DNA of 30,401 bases, from the IMG/VR virus record IMGVR_UViG_3300009167_000024, positions 1-30,401 of that record, one strand, 5' to 3'. Source of the stretch: a virus (Duplodnaviria; Caudoviricetes). Within the stretch, counting starts at the first letter, position 1. Each line of letters starts with the position of its first letter. This document shows positions 18,751 through 25,947 of the stretch, in pieces. The notes beneath the pieces were generated by a model that was not told the DNA's origin, did not search any database, and saw only the letters and a program-made list of their open reading frames with translations. A program made the translations under genes and the position numbers.

Positions 18751-19092
18751 TCAGTAGGGAAGCCCGCCGCCGTCGTCGGCTCCAGAGTAGTCGATGCTCT
18801 CAGCCTCTTCGCCCATCGCGTCTTGGTACTTGCGCTTCAGAGCGTTGAACTGACTGATGACCGACTCCTGTTGCTGACGCCAGAACTCCACCTGAGCCGC
18901 GACTTCGGCCTTCGCCCGACCGTTATCGACCAGCGCCTCACCCGTGATGTAGGCGATGATCGTACCAGCCAGGGCGATGGTGGCTTCCATGTCGAAGTCC
19001 ACCCCGAAGAACTGGGACAGGATGAAGATGACGATGCCCGCAACGGCGATGAGGAACTTCCTCGACTTGATGCGTTGCCAGAATGTACCCAT
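18751..19092 (-). CDS. Holin (two TM helices) with a C-terminal coiled coil and acidic tail
   Basis: KSRKFLIAVAGIVIFIL and IALAGTIIAYITGEALVD match SRKF-type holins; AGGAGGT RBS before ATG 19092; adjacent to the lysin. Confidence 0.8.
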   Translation of the reverse strand: MGTFWQRIKSRKFLIAVAGIVIFILSQFFGVDFDMEATIALAGTIIAYITGEALVDNGRAKAEVAAQVEFWRQQQESVISQFNALKRKYQDAMGEEAESIDYSGADDGGGLPY

Positions 19093-19123
19093 TGCTTTAC
19101 CTCCTGCGCAGGGAGTCACAACC

Positions 19124-19135
19124 ACTCTAGCACCG
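19124..19135 (-). promoter_or_regulatory. Extended -10 promoter candidate upstream of the holin
   Basis: Minus strand CGGTGCTAGAGT in the short intergenic gap. Confidence 0.45.
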
Positions 19136-19750
19136 CTACCCCGCTAGTTCGGGGTAGAGGGGCGCGAGTTCTTCTCGGACCAGTGTGGTGCTGCCCTTGG
19201 TGCCGTCTGGAGCGTCGGGCCAATGCTGCCAGTTGGGAGCGGGGCGCAAGTGGTAGTAGTCGTAGACCATCCAGGCCATGACCATCAACTGAGCGAAGGG
19301 GTCCAGAATAGGCCATCCCTCAAAGCCTGCCGCCCGAGATCGATCAGCCCACCAAGCGGGGACATGTTGGGGAAGGCCAGTAGCACGGGTGGAGGGCGTA
19401 CCGTCGTAACCTGGGGGGGGAGTTCCAATCCATTCAAGGTGAGAGCGAGCCAGGTGATAGCCACGGGACTCGTGGTGAACGAGACCCATTCCGAAGTCAA
19501 CCTCGTACTCGGTGGCGTCCCGCCCGAGCATCTTGTTGGCCCAGTAGTCGAAGCACCATTGCAGGAGTCCCCGCCACTTCTCGACCTCGGGACCGTAGAA
19601 CTTGCGGCCCCGCAGGTGGGGTCGGGCTTCGGCGCGCAGCATGGCGTCGCGGTAGTGGTTGCGCTGGGCGCGCAGGGACATGATTCGGTCGAGCAGCCGA
19701 ATGATGCGTTCTCGGGCGTTGGCAAGTTGCTCATCGACTGTCACCGGCAT
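19136..19750 (-). CDS. Lytic transglycosylase (SLT / lysozyme-like fold), probable endolysin
   Basis: HESRG catalytic Glu, ATGLPQ (GLxQ), DP.AQ....AW and W.HW motifs; GGAGG RBS before ATG 19750 (MPVT). Confidence 0.75.
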   Translation of the reverse strand: MPVTVDEQLANARERIIRLLDRIMSLRAQRNHYRDAMLRAEARPHLRGRKFYGPEVEKWRGLLQWCFDYWANKMLGRDATEYEVDFGMGLVHHESRGYHLARSHLEWIGTPPPGYDGTPSTRATGLPQHVPAWWADRSRAAGFEGWPILDPFAQLMVMAWMVYDYYHLRPAPNWQHWPDAPDGTKGSTTLVREELAPLYPELAG

Positions 19751-19845
19751 CGGGTGGCCCTCCACGCGCCGATCAGGAGGATGGCGGCACAGCACGCCGC
19801 CACGATGAACAGGTCGTGTCGCCCGACGATGGGCGGGTAGGTCAT
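19741..19845 (-). CDS. 34-aa single-TM peptide
   Basis: MTYPPIVGRHDLFIVAACCAAILLIGAWRATRCR; ATGA overlap with the upstream gene and overlap with the lysin start. Confidence 0.5.
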   Translation of the reverse strand: MTYPPIVGRHDLFIVAACCAAILLIGAWRATRCR

Positions 19846-20108
19846 CGACCGCTCCGCTGACGGGTGCGGCCCGCGGCGGGCCTGGTGTAGCGGCTGGTGC
19901 GCCGGTCGATGATCTGGCTGGTGTCGAGGCGCACCGCGGAGCGGACGGCCCCTGGGGTGAACGGCTTCCAGTTGCGGACGGTGCCATGGTGCCGTGGGGA
20001 GGGGGAGGTCATCAGGTGCCACGGGCCTCTCGGCCCCCGGTTGCGGGTGTTGCCTGCGACGGCGACGCCGTAGCGGGCGTGCCCACCGGAGCGTCGGCGG
20101 GGGGTCAT
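19842..20108 (-). CDS. Small Arg-rich basic protein
   Basis: 88 aa; ATGA overlaps at both ends; AGGAG upstream. Confidence 0.55.
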   Translation of the reverse strand: MTPRRRSGGHARYGVAVAGNTRNRGPRGPWHLMTSPSPRHHGTVRNWKPFTPGAVRSAVRLDTSQIIDRRTSRYTRPAAGRTRQRSGR

Positions 20109-20326
20109 CGGGAACTCCTGGAGCGGGTGTTCCCGGCACGGACGCGGGGGTTCTTGTGGTAGACGGACACCATCTTGCGTCCGAGCAGGAAGTCGAGGAC
20201 GGGGTTGCCGTAGACCCGTCTGCGTTCCAGGTCAACGTGGTAGCCGGGACGCCGGTAGGTGTGTGCGGCCGCGGCGCGGGCGTTGCGCCCCCCGGTGCGT
20301 CCTGCCCTGGCCCTAGTGCTTGCCAC
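20105..20326 (-). CDS. Small Arg-rich basic protein
   Basis: 73 aa; GGAGG RBS before GTG 20326; overlaps both neighbours. Confidence 0.55.
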   Translation of the reverse strand: MASTRARAGRTGGRNARAAAAHTYRRPGYHVDLERRRVYGNPVLDFLLGRKMVSVYHKNPRVRAGNTRSRSSR

Positions 20327-20444
20327 GCTGTCGCCTCCGTGTCTTCGGCCTCGGTCGAGAGCCGTACTTCTTCGTCCAACGCCGGGCGATGTCGGGATGT
20401 TCCATCCACAGGTACCGCCGCTGGGCTTCGCTTCTGAAGGGCAT
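20313..20444 (-). CDS. Small basic phage protein (MPFxSExQRRY-type)
   Basis: MPFRSEAQRRYLWMEHPDIARRWTKKYG, an N-terminus I recognise as recurring in uncultured phages near packaging genes; purine-rich RBS. Confidence 0.7.
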   Translation of the reverse strand: MPFRSEAQRRYLWMEHPDIARRWTKKYGSRPRPKTRRRQRGKH

Positions 20445-20485
20445 TCTGGTTCTCTCCCCCCTCACACTCCCCTCTCTCTCCGCGA

Positions 20486-20512
20486 AGACTACCACCCCTA
20501 AGGTGGTAGTCT
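20486..20512. repeat. Perfect 11-bp inverted repeat
   Basis: AGACTACCACC-CCTAA-GGTGGTAGTCT. Confidence 0.85.
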
Positions 20513-20671
20513 GAGCATCCCCCTGCTCGCTACGCTCGCGTCCCCCTACAAGCGAACCGGAGAAGAGCCTATTCCCAGGCCCGCGAAGAAAGCCTCTGAC
20601 CAGGATGCTTGCAATCTGCAAGTGACACCCCTGGCACTCACCCCGAGGCAACTGCTGGCCCTGGAGTCCAG

Positions 20672-20687
20672 TCGAACATACGTTCGA
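20672..20687. promoter_or_regulatory. LexA (SOS) box 1
   Basis: TCGAAC-ATAC-GTTCGA, an exact match to the actinobacterial consensus TCGAAC-N4-GTTCGA. Confidence 0.85.
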
Positions 20688-20749
20688 TCAATGACCCACC
20701 ACGATTGCATGTCGCTCCTGGAAGCCCTGGCCCGCACCAAGAAGGCCAA

Positions 20750-20765
20750 TCGAACACCTGTTCGA
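20750..20765. promoter_or_regulatory. LexA (SOS) box 2
   Basis: TCGAAC-ACCT-GTTCGA. Confidence 0.85.
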
Positions 20766-20789
20766 CCCTCGGACACCCCCAGGAAGGCA

Positions 20790-20805
20790 TCGAACACACG
20801 TTCGA
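20790..20805. promoter_or_regulatory. LexA (SOS) box 3
   Basis: TCGAAC-ACAC-GTTCGA; the palindrome extends to GCATCGAAC...GTTCGATGC. Confidence 0.85.
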
Positions 20806-21015
20806 TGCTTGCACAGACCCGCAAATGACTTCCTGTGCGCTGTTCAGGCCCATTCCAGGGCGACTACGCCTGCCTGCTAGCCCCCTACCCCAACGCCTCC
20901 GGGGTCGCGTCGCCTCTGCGTGTGCGTGTGCGTGCGGGCGCGTGCGTCGTGTGTGTGTCGCGCCCATGCCGCGCACCTGATAGACGCGCGTCTTTGCCAT
21001 TCACACACAAACGAC

Positions 21016-21044
21016 TTGACATCGGGCGCGCCGATGCCGATAAT
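21016..21044 (+). promoter_or_regulatory. Near-consensus sigma70/SigA promoter for the rightward operon
   Basis: TTGACA (21016-21), 17-nt spacer, GATAAT (21039-44). Confidence 0.8.
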
Positions 21045-21157
21045 GATTGAGGGGGAGGGGGAGGGTACGCCGCGCCGAGTAGATTGGAGACCATGGATAG
21101 GGAAGGTGAATCGGCATCGAAGTGGCAAGGCTATGCGAGTAGAAAGGCAATGGGTAG

Positions 21158-22648
21158 ATGCCTGACGACTTCGATAACATCGACATCAACGCGCACGCGT
21201 TCGCGTGCGACGTGTGCGCGAGGGTAGGCGCAACCTACCTAACGCGTTGGCAATGCCTGACGTGTGGCGCGCGTCTTTGCCTTGAGCATGTAGGCGAGCG
21301 CGTGAGTAGTGGCGCATGGTATCAAGATGGTATCGGGCGCGGCTATTGTGTGGCGTGTGTGGAAGCGCGGGAACGTGACACACGCGAGCGTATAGCATCG
21401 GCAACCCGCGCCGATGCAGAAAGGCTAGAGACCATGCCGAACGATGGCGCGATGAATGGCGCGCACCCTATTGGCACCGATGCCGATAGCGTCGCGTCGT
21501 GTGTGTGCGACGTGTGTAGCGAGACCATCGACGCGAACGCGTCACGCGATGAATGCGAAGCGTGCGGGCGCGTCTACTGCAATGAGTGTGGCGCGACTGA
21601 ACACGACGTGGCGCATTGCCGCGACTGTGCGTTGATACGCTGCCGCGACTGTGGCGACTGGTATCTAGTTGCCGATGGTGAATCGTTCCGTGAATGCGAT
21701 GAGTGCGGGCACTCATTGTGCGAGTCGTGCGGCAATACAACCGATGGTGGCGATGTCGCGTGTGAACGTCATTACTGCGAGTGCGTGGACTGTGGCTATT
21801 CATGGTGCGGCAGATTCCACAACGATGAGTCGTTGTGTGAGTCGTGCTATGAAGAGCGCGGCGAGTCTGAATACATCAATGACTATTCGCATAAGCCTTA
21901 CCCTAACTTCATCGGGTTGCCTTGCGATGGTCTCTATATGGGCGTGGAGATTGAAGCCGAACTTGAACCTACCACGCGAGGCGCGGAGTATCTACACTCG
22001 CACTCCGATGGCGAGCAGCGTTACTACTTGAAGCACGATGGAAGCGTGCAAGGTTATGAACTTGTCACGCATCCCGGTTCATTGGATGCATGGCGCGATG
22101 GTCTCGTCATTGACTGGGACGTGTGGAATCGTTGGGTGCGCGAGTATGAACCCGCGTTGGAAGATGGCTACAACAATGGATTGCACGTCCATATCAGTAG
22201 GGACGCGTTCTATCGGAACGGAACGCGGCGCAATGGTGGCACGTTGGATGCCGCGCACGTGTGGCGATGGATTCAACTTATCTATCGGAATCCCGATGCA
22301 TGGAAGCGCATAGGTGGACGCGATGGCTCATCGTATGCATCATGGCATAGGGTTGCCGAAGAGCGCGCCAACGCGCATCGCTATGCGCGTGGCACGGACT
22401 ATCCCGACCGATATAGCGCGGTCAACTTCCAGAATAGCGCGACCATTGAACTTCGATTCCTGAAGCCGAACCGCGATAAGGCTGTGCTATTGGGTCAACT
22501 TGAGTGGATTGCCGCGAGCGTTGACTACACGCGCACGATGACCTATGCCGACGTGACTAGCGGCGCGTTGTCGATGGATGCATTCAACGATTGGATGGTC
22601 ACTCACCGCGCCGAGTACGGATTCGCAATCGACATGATCGGAGGCTAG
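21158..22648 (+). CDS. Putative amidoligase (COOH-NH2 ligase, glutamine synthetase-like fold) with an N-terminal multi-CxxC Zn-ribbon array
   Basis: GVEIE, KHDGS..GYELVTHP, GLHVHIS, RY.AVN and TIELRF motifs; about 12 CxxC motifs in the first ~235 aa. Confidence 0.88.
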   Translation: MPDDFDNIDINAHAFACDVCARVGATYLTRWQCLTCGARLCLEHVGERVSSGAWYQDGIGRGYCVACVEARERDTRERIASATRADAERLETMPNDGAMNGAHPIGTDADSVASCVCDVCSETIDANASRDECEACGRVYCNECGATEHDVAHCRDCALIRCRDCGDWYLVADGESFRECDECGHSLCESCGNTTDGGDVACERHYCECVDCGYSWCGRFHNDESLCESCYEERGESEYINDYSHKPYPNFIGLPCDGLYMGVEIEAELEPTTRGAEYLHSHSDGEQRYYLKHDGSVQGYELVTHPGSLDAWRDGLVIDWDVWNRWVREYEPALEDGYNNGLHVHISRDAFYRNGTRRNGGTLDAAHVWRWIQLIYRNPDAWKRIGGRDGSSYASWHRVAEERANAHRYARGTDYPDRYSAVNFQNSATIELRFLKPNRDKAVLLGQLEWIAASVDYTRTMTYADVTSGALSMDAFNDWMVTHRAEYGFAIDMIGG

Positions 22649-22709
22649 ACTAGAGACTATGCAAGCACGACGTACACAACGCTATCAAAGAAAGGACGTG
22701 TGATCGCCT

Positions 22710-23816
22710 GTGTGTGTTGCCGTTGCCGTGAATCCTGGCGCAAGGCTGACCCATTCGGAGTGGGATAAGTGTTGGAGTGCCAATCCCGATGGTGGTGGCT
22801 ATGCCTACCTTCACCGTGGCAAGTTGATTGTGCAGCGTGGATTGTCACGCGCTGACCTGTGGCGGCGCTACTTCAAGGATGCACAGAACAACCCGAAGTC
22901 GCCATTCATTCTCCACTTCAGAATCGCAACGCATGGGAACGTGTGCCTAGATAACACGCACCCATTCATCGTTGACCATCGGCATAGTGGTTCCACTGTG
23001 CTAGCGCACAATGGCATCATCGCCAACGTACTCACCGACCTTGAACCCAATGAGTCTGATACTCGTGCGTTCATTCGGTTGTATGCGCGGTTCCTTCCCG
23101 CGGGTTGGATGGACAATGCCGCCATCGTGGAACTTGTGGAACACTACATCGGTACGTCATTGATCGTCATGCTCACTACCGATAAGGCTGCATCGCGCAA
23201 CCTGTATATCCTCAATGAGTCATTGGGAACCTGGGATGGTGATAGGTGGTTCTCCAATGAGCATTGGCGATTCGGTGGCTATGTAACGTGTGGGCGTGGC
23301 ATCGGTGATTGGATGCCTAACGCATGGATGTTCGATGCCGATACGCGCGTGTGGTCGCGTGCCGTGAAGGTGAAGGACGCGACGCACAAGGCTACTCCCG
23401 CGATGCGTAGCGCTGCCGCGCACGTCGATTCGCATGGAGTGAAGCATGAACCGTGGCTACCCAATGGCACCATGCCATTGATCGGCATGAGTCAAGATGC
23501 ACTCACCGACATCATGATCGATGCCATCGATGGTGGATTCTGCGAGCGTTGCCTATGGAAGCCTTGTTGGTGCGATGGCGTGTGCTTCGATTGCACGCGC
23601 CCGATGGATGAATGCGAATGCGGCATGGAACTATCGTGCGCGACGTACTACGGACACCATGCCGATTCCGATGGCATGACGTGGCTAGATGCGAACGGGC
23701 CGGTGCCTAAGTACCCTGTGTTGGCGCGCACTCCACAGGCTCGCGACGTTGCCGACCTAACGCTTGACGACTGGCTAGAACTTGAACGGTCGATGACTGG
23801 GAAGGTGCATCGATGA
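22710..23816 (+). CDS. Class II (Ntn) glutamine amidotransferase with a C-terminal Cys cluster
   Basis: Cys at position 2 (M-C), NPDGGG, HFRIATHG, NTHPF, HNGII and SDT motifs; AGAAAGGA RBS. Confidence 0.92.
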   Translation: MCVAVAVNPGARLTHSEWDKCWSANPDGGGYAYLHRGKLIVQRGLSRADLWRRYFKDAQNNPKSPFILHFRIATHGNVCLDNTHPFIVDHRHSGSTVLAHNGIIANVLTDLEPNESDTRAFIRLYARFLPAGWMDNAAIVELVEHYIGTSLIVMLTTDKAASRNLYILNESLGTWDGDRWFSNEHWRFGGYVTCGRGIGDWMPNAWMFDADTRVWSRAVKVKDATHKATPAMRSAAAHVDSHGVKHEPWLPNGTMPLIGMSQDALTDIMIDAIDGGFCERCLWKPCWCDGVCFDCTRPMDECECGMELSCATYYGHHADSDGMTWLDANGPVPKYPVLARTPQARDVADLTLDDWLELERSMTGKVHR

Positions 23817-24055
23817 CCCTAGCGTTGGTGCCTAGCGCGCCGAGAGATGTTCGGGCGCTATCCCGATTCGGTGACGCGGTGCAAGTCTATGCGCCCGGTT
23901 GGATGGCTAAGTTGCCGTGGTTCTGTGCCGTGTGTAGGCGTACCCTGGCGCATGAGTACGCATGGAAGTTGGCATTCGGTGGCATCGTGTGTGACTACTG
24001 CCGCACCGATGCAGAAAGGATGGTGAAGGATGCCGCATCGCACCGTCACGCTTGA
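23813..24055 (+). CDS. Small Zn-finger protein
   Basis: CAVC...CDYC; ATGA overlap with the amidotransferase. Confidence 0.6.
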   Translation: MTLALVPSAPRDVRALSRFGDAVQVYAPGWMAKLPWFCAVCRRTLAHEYAWKLAFGGIVCDYCRTDAERMVKDAASHRHA

Positions 24056-24656
24056 CGATGGCGACGAGTCAATGGTACTTTGGTTCTGCTCGGATACATG
24101 CCATCAAAGGTGCATGGGTAGCGAGTATCAAGGCTGGAATGGTGGATGGGACAATGAGGACACCTACCACTGTGCCGACTGTGGACGCGTTCTCGTTGGC
24201 GGGCAAGATACCGAAGCGTGTGAGTGCCAACGCGCACTCCGCGGTATGTGCCTAGAAAGGACGGTGGAAGGTCAACGCTGCGGGCATGGAAGATGGCTAC
24301 AACTACCGCGCCGCCTGTGTGATGGCTACCGTCGTGCCGTGGCGCGTGGCGATGAAAGCGTGCGCGGCGAGCAGGACATCGAGGGCGCGCTCTTCGCGTG
24401 TGGATGCGACGTATGCTCGGGTAGCCTACGTCCATGTTCGTGCGAGTCGTGCGTTGAACATCGTTCGTTTGTGGTCAATGAAGCGCTCGCGGAAGCGTTG
24501 CAAGTGGCGCGAACCGGCGAGCGCATCGTGGTTCACTTCGCGACCATCGATGAAGCGCTCGGCATCATGGCGCGGTTCATGGAAGATGACCACTCGCCTA
24601 TCCCGCGCCCGACCGTATCGAGCGCACTTGCCTTCATTCGTGCATGGTCAGGCTGA
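24030..24656 (+). CDS. Cys-rich hypothetical protein
   Basis: FCSDTC, CADC, CDVC and CESC motifs; GAAAGGA/GAAGG upstream. Confidence 0.6.
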   Translation: MPHRTVTLDDGDESMVLWFCSDTCHQRCMGSEYQGWNGGWDNEDTYHCADCGRVLVGGQDTEACECQRALRGMCLERTVEGQRCGHGRWLQLPRRLCDGYRRAVARGDESVRGEQDIEGALFACGCDVCSGSLRPCSCESCVEHRSFVVNEALAEALQVARTGERIVVHFATIDEALGIMARFMEDDHSPIPRPTVSSALAFIRAWSG

Positions 24657-24676
24657 CCATAGAAAGGACGGTGCCT

Positions 24677-25090
24677 ATGGGATGGAACCCTGGAGACCTG
24701 AGGGGATTGGGCATCATTGAACACGTCTACGTCGGCAATCACTACGGGTTGCGCGTGTGGGGATGCCGCGTGTGCCGTCGCAACATCGGTGAGCGCGGCA
24801 TCGTGGAATGCCGCGATGGAGTGGTGGTCGCGGGATGGTGCCGCGCCCATCAACTTCGGTGCGTAACGTGCGGTGGATGGTTCGTGCCGGTGACGTGGTT
24901 CGGTGAGTCATGGTTGCCGCGTCACCTGTGCGTCCCGCGCCACGACTCGTGCGGTGACTACTGCTCGGAAGCGTGCGACCGTGGCGAGACTCCGCGCCTG
25001 TGCGCGGGATGCGATCACCATTGGCACAGCCTGGCCGCGTGTCATGAAGATGACGACAACGGGAATCGGTGCCGGTGCGTAGGGTGGTGA
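24677..25090 (+). CDS. Cys/His-rich hypothetical protein
   Basis: AGAAAGGA RBS before ATG 24677; CRVC, CRAH, CVTC, CSEAC and CAGCDH motifs. Confidence 0.6.
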   Translation: MGWNPGDLRGLGIIEHVYVGNHYGLRVWGCRVCRRNIGERGIVECRDGVVVAGWCRAHQLRCVTCGGWFVPVTWFGESWLPRHLCVPRHDSCGDYCSEACDRGETPRLCAGCDHHWHSLAACHEDDDNGNRCRCVGW

Positions 25091-25115
25091 ACTAGCCGCG
25101 GCAACGGCAAGGATT

Positions 25116-25148
25116 GGGGCGCGGTGCGAGCCGCGCCCCTTTCCTTTG
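25116..25148 (+). terminator. Intrinsic terminator closing the amidoligase operon
   Basis: GGGGCGCGG-TGCGAG-CCGCGCCCC followed by TTTCCTTTG. Confidence 0.8.
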
Positions 25149-25207
25149 TCCCGGCTCCCCGCCTGCGCCCGCTATGATCGTAAGGTGTACGGAACCGGAG
25201 GCTAGAC

Positions 25208-25537
25208 GTGACCGGAGATTCGCCAGATCGCGTGGTGTTGGCACCCCGCGGCACGTTGCCGCCTATCGACGCGGAGCCGTTGCCGCCCGAGGACTTCGCC
25301 CCATCAGTGTTGGTTCCTAACGCGCCGGGCAATGTTCAGCCGCTATCAGGGGTCCAGGTCGAAGTGTTTGAGGCACAGGCCGCTCGATGGCAGACCCAAG
25401 TGGAGGGGCTGCGTCGTGAGATAGACGACTTGCGCCGGGCGCTCATGCAGGAGCGGACACGGGTGAGGTCTCTGACCGAGGCCATCGGCGTGGTCAACAA
25501 CTTGGTCACGCAGATCATGAACCAGGGGGAAAGGTGA
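25208..25537 (+). CDS. Hypothetical protein (Pro-rich N-terminus, coiled coil)
   Basis: GGAGG RBS; heptad pattern; GTGA overlap with the next gene. Confidence 0.65.
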   Translation: MTGDSPDRVVLAPRGTLPPIDAEPLPPEDFAPSVLVPNAPGNVQPLSGVQVEVFEAQAARWQTQVEGLRREIDDLRRALMQERTRVRSLTEAIGVVNNLVTQIMNQGER

Positions 25538-25947
25538 GCAACCGCAACAAGATCGACGGGACAGAGTGGGAGACATACAACGTCGCCAAGGCGATCAGTG
25601 AGGGCTACGAGTCGGAGAGGCTGGCCGAGGGTGGTAGCAAGGACATCTCGGACGTAGTGGTACATCATCCCGCCTACGCGGGACTTCAGGAACTTCAGCG
25701 TGCCCGCGTAGCCCTGGCCTACAAGCAGTACGACGAGTTGAAGCCTGGCGAGAAGCGCCGCAAGGCGCGCAAGATGTACGTCGTGGACGAGAACACCTTC
25801 TGGCAGATGGTGAACCTCAGTACCGGCCCCTGGTACATCGAGTGCAAGGCCCGTGAGCGGCTGAACGTCGCGGACGCGCTGGACAAGGCGAAGCACAAGG
25901 TCGCCCTGGCGCTCCAGAGGCGACTGATGGGGCAAGGCCCGATTTGA
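25534..25947 (+). CDS. PD-(D/E)XK endonuclease, Holliday junction resolvase-like
   Basis: GTEWE..VA, G.KDISDV and IECK motifs typical of Hjc-like phage resolvases. Confidence 0.75.
   Translation: MSNRNKIDGTEWETYNVAKAISEGYESERLAEGGSKDISDVVVHHPAYAGLQELQRARVALAYKQYDELKPGEKRRKARKMYVVDENTFWQMVNLSTGPWYIECKARERLNVADALDKAKHKVALALQRRLMGQGPI

Noticed and set aside
20486-20512. Inverted repeat as an IS200/IS605 or REP end
   Set aside because: Single copy, with no transposase, TnpB or second end in the window.
20672-20805. The three palindromes as a mini CRISPR array
   Set aside because: Units are only 16 bp with variable centres and uneven spacing (78 and 40 bp); they match a LexA operator instead.
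20546-21165. Short ORFs in the divergent region (e.g. 20622-20828, 20638-21000, 20920-21165)
   Set aside because: No convincing RBS, low-complexity translations, and they overlap the regulatory elements.
24052-24720. Alternative-frame ORFs 24052-24255 and 24286-24720, and the 14-bp repeat TAGAAAGGACGGTG at 24253 and 24660
   Set aside because: The 24030-24656 frame has coherent Cys motifs and the repeat is mostly an RBS-like word; an internal start cannot be fully excluded.
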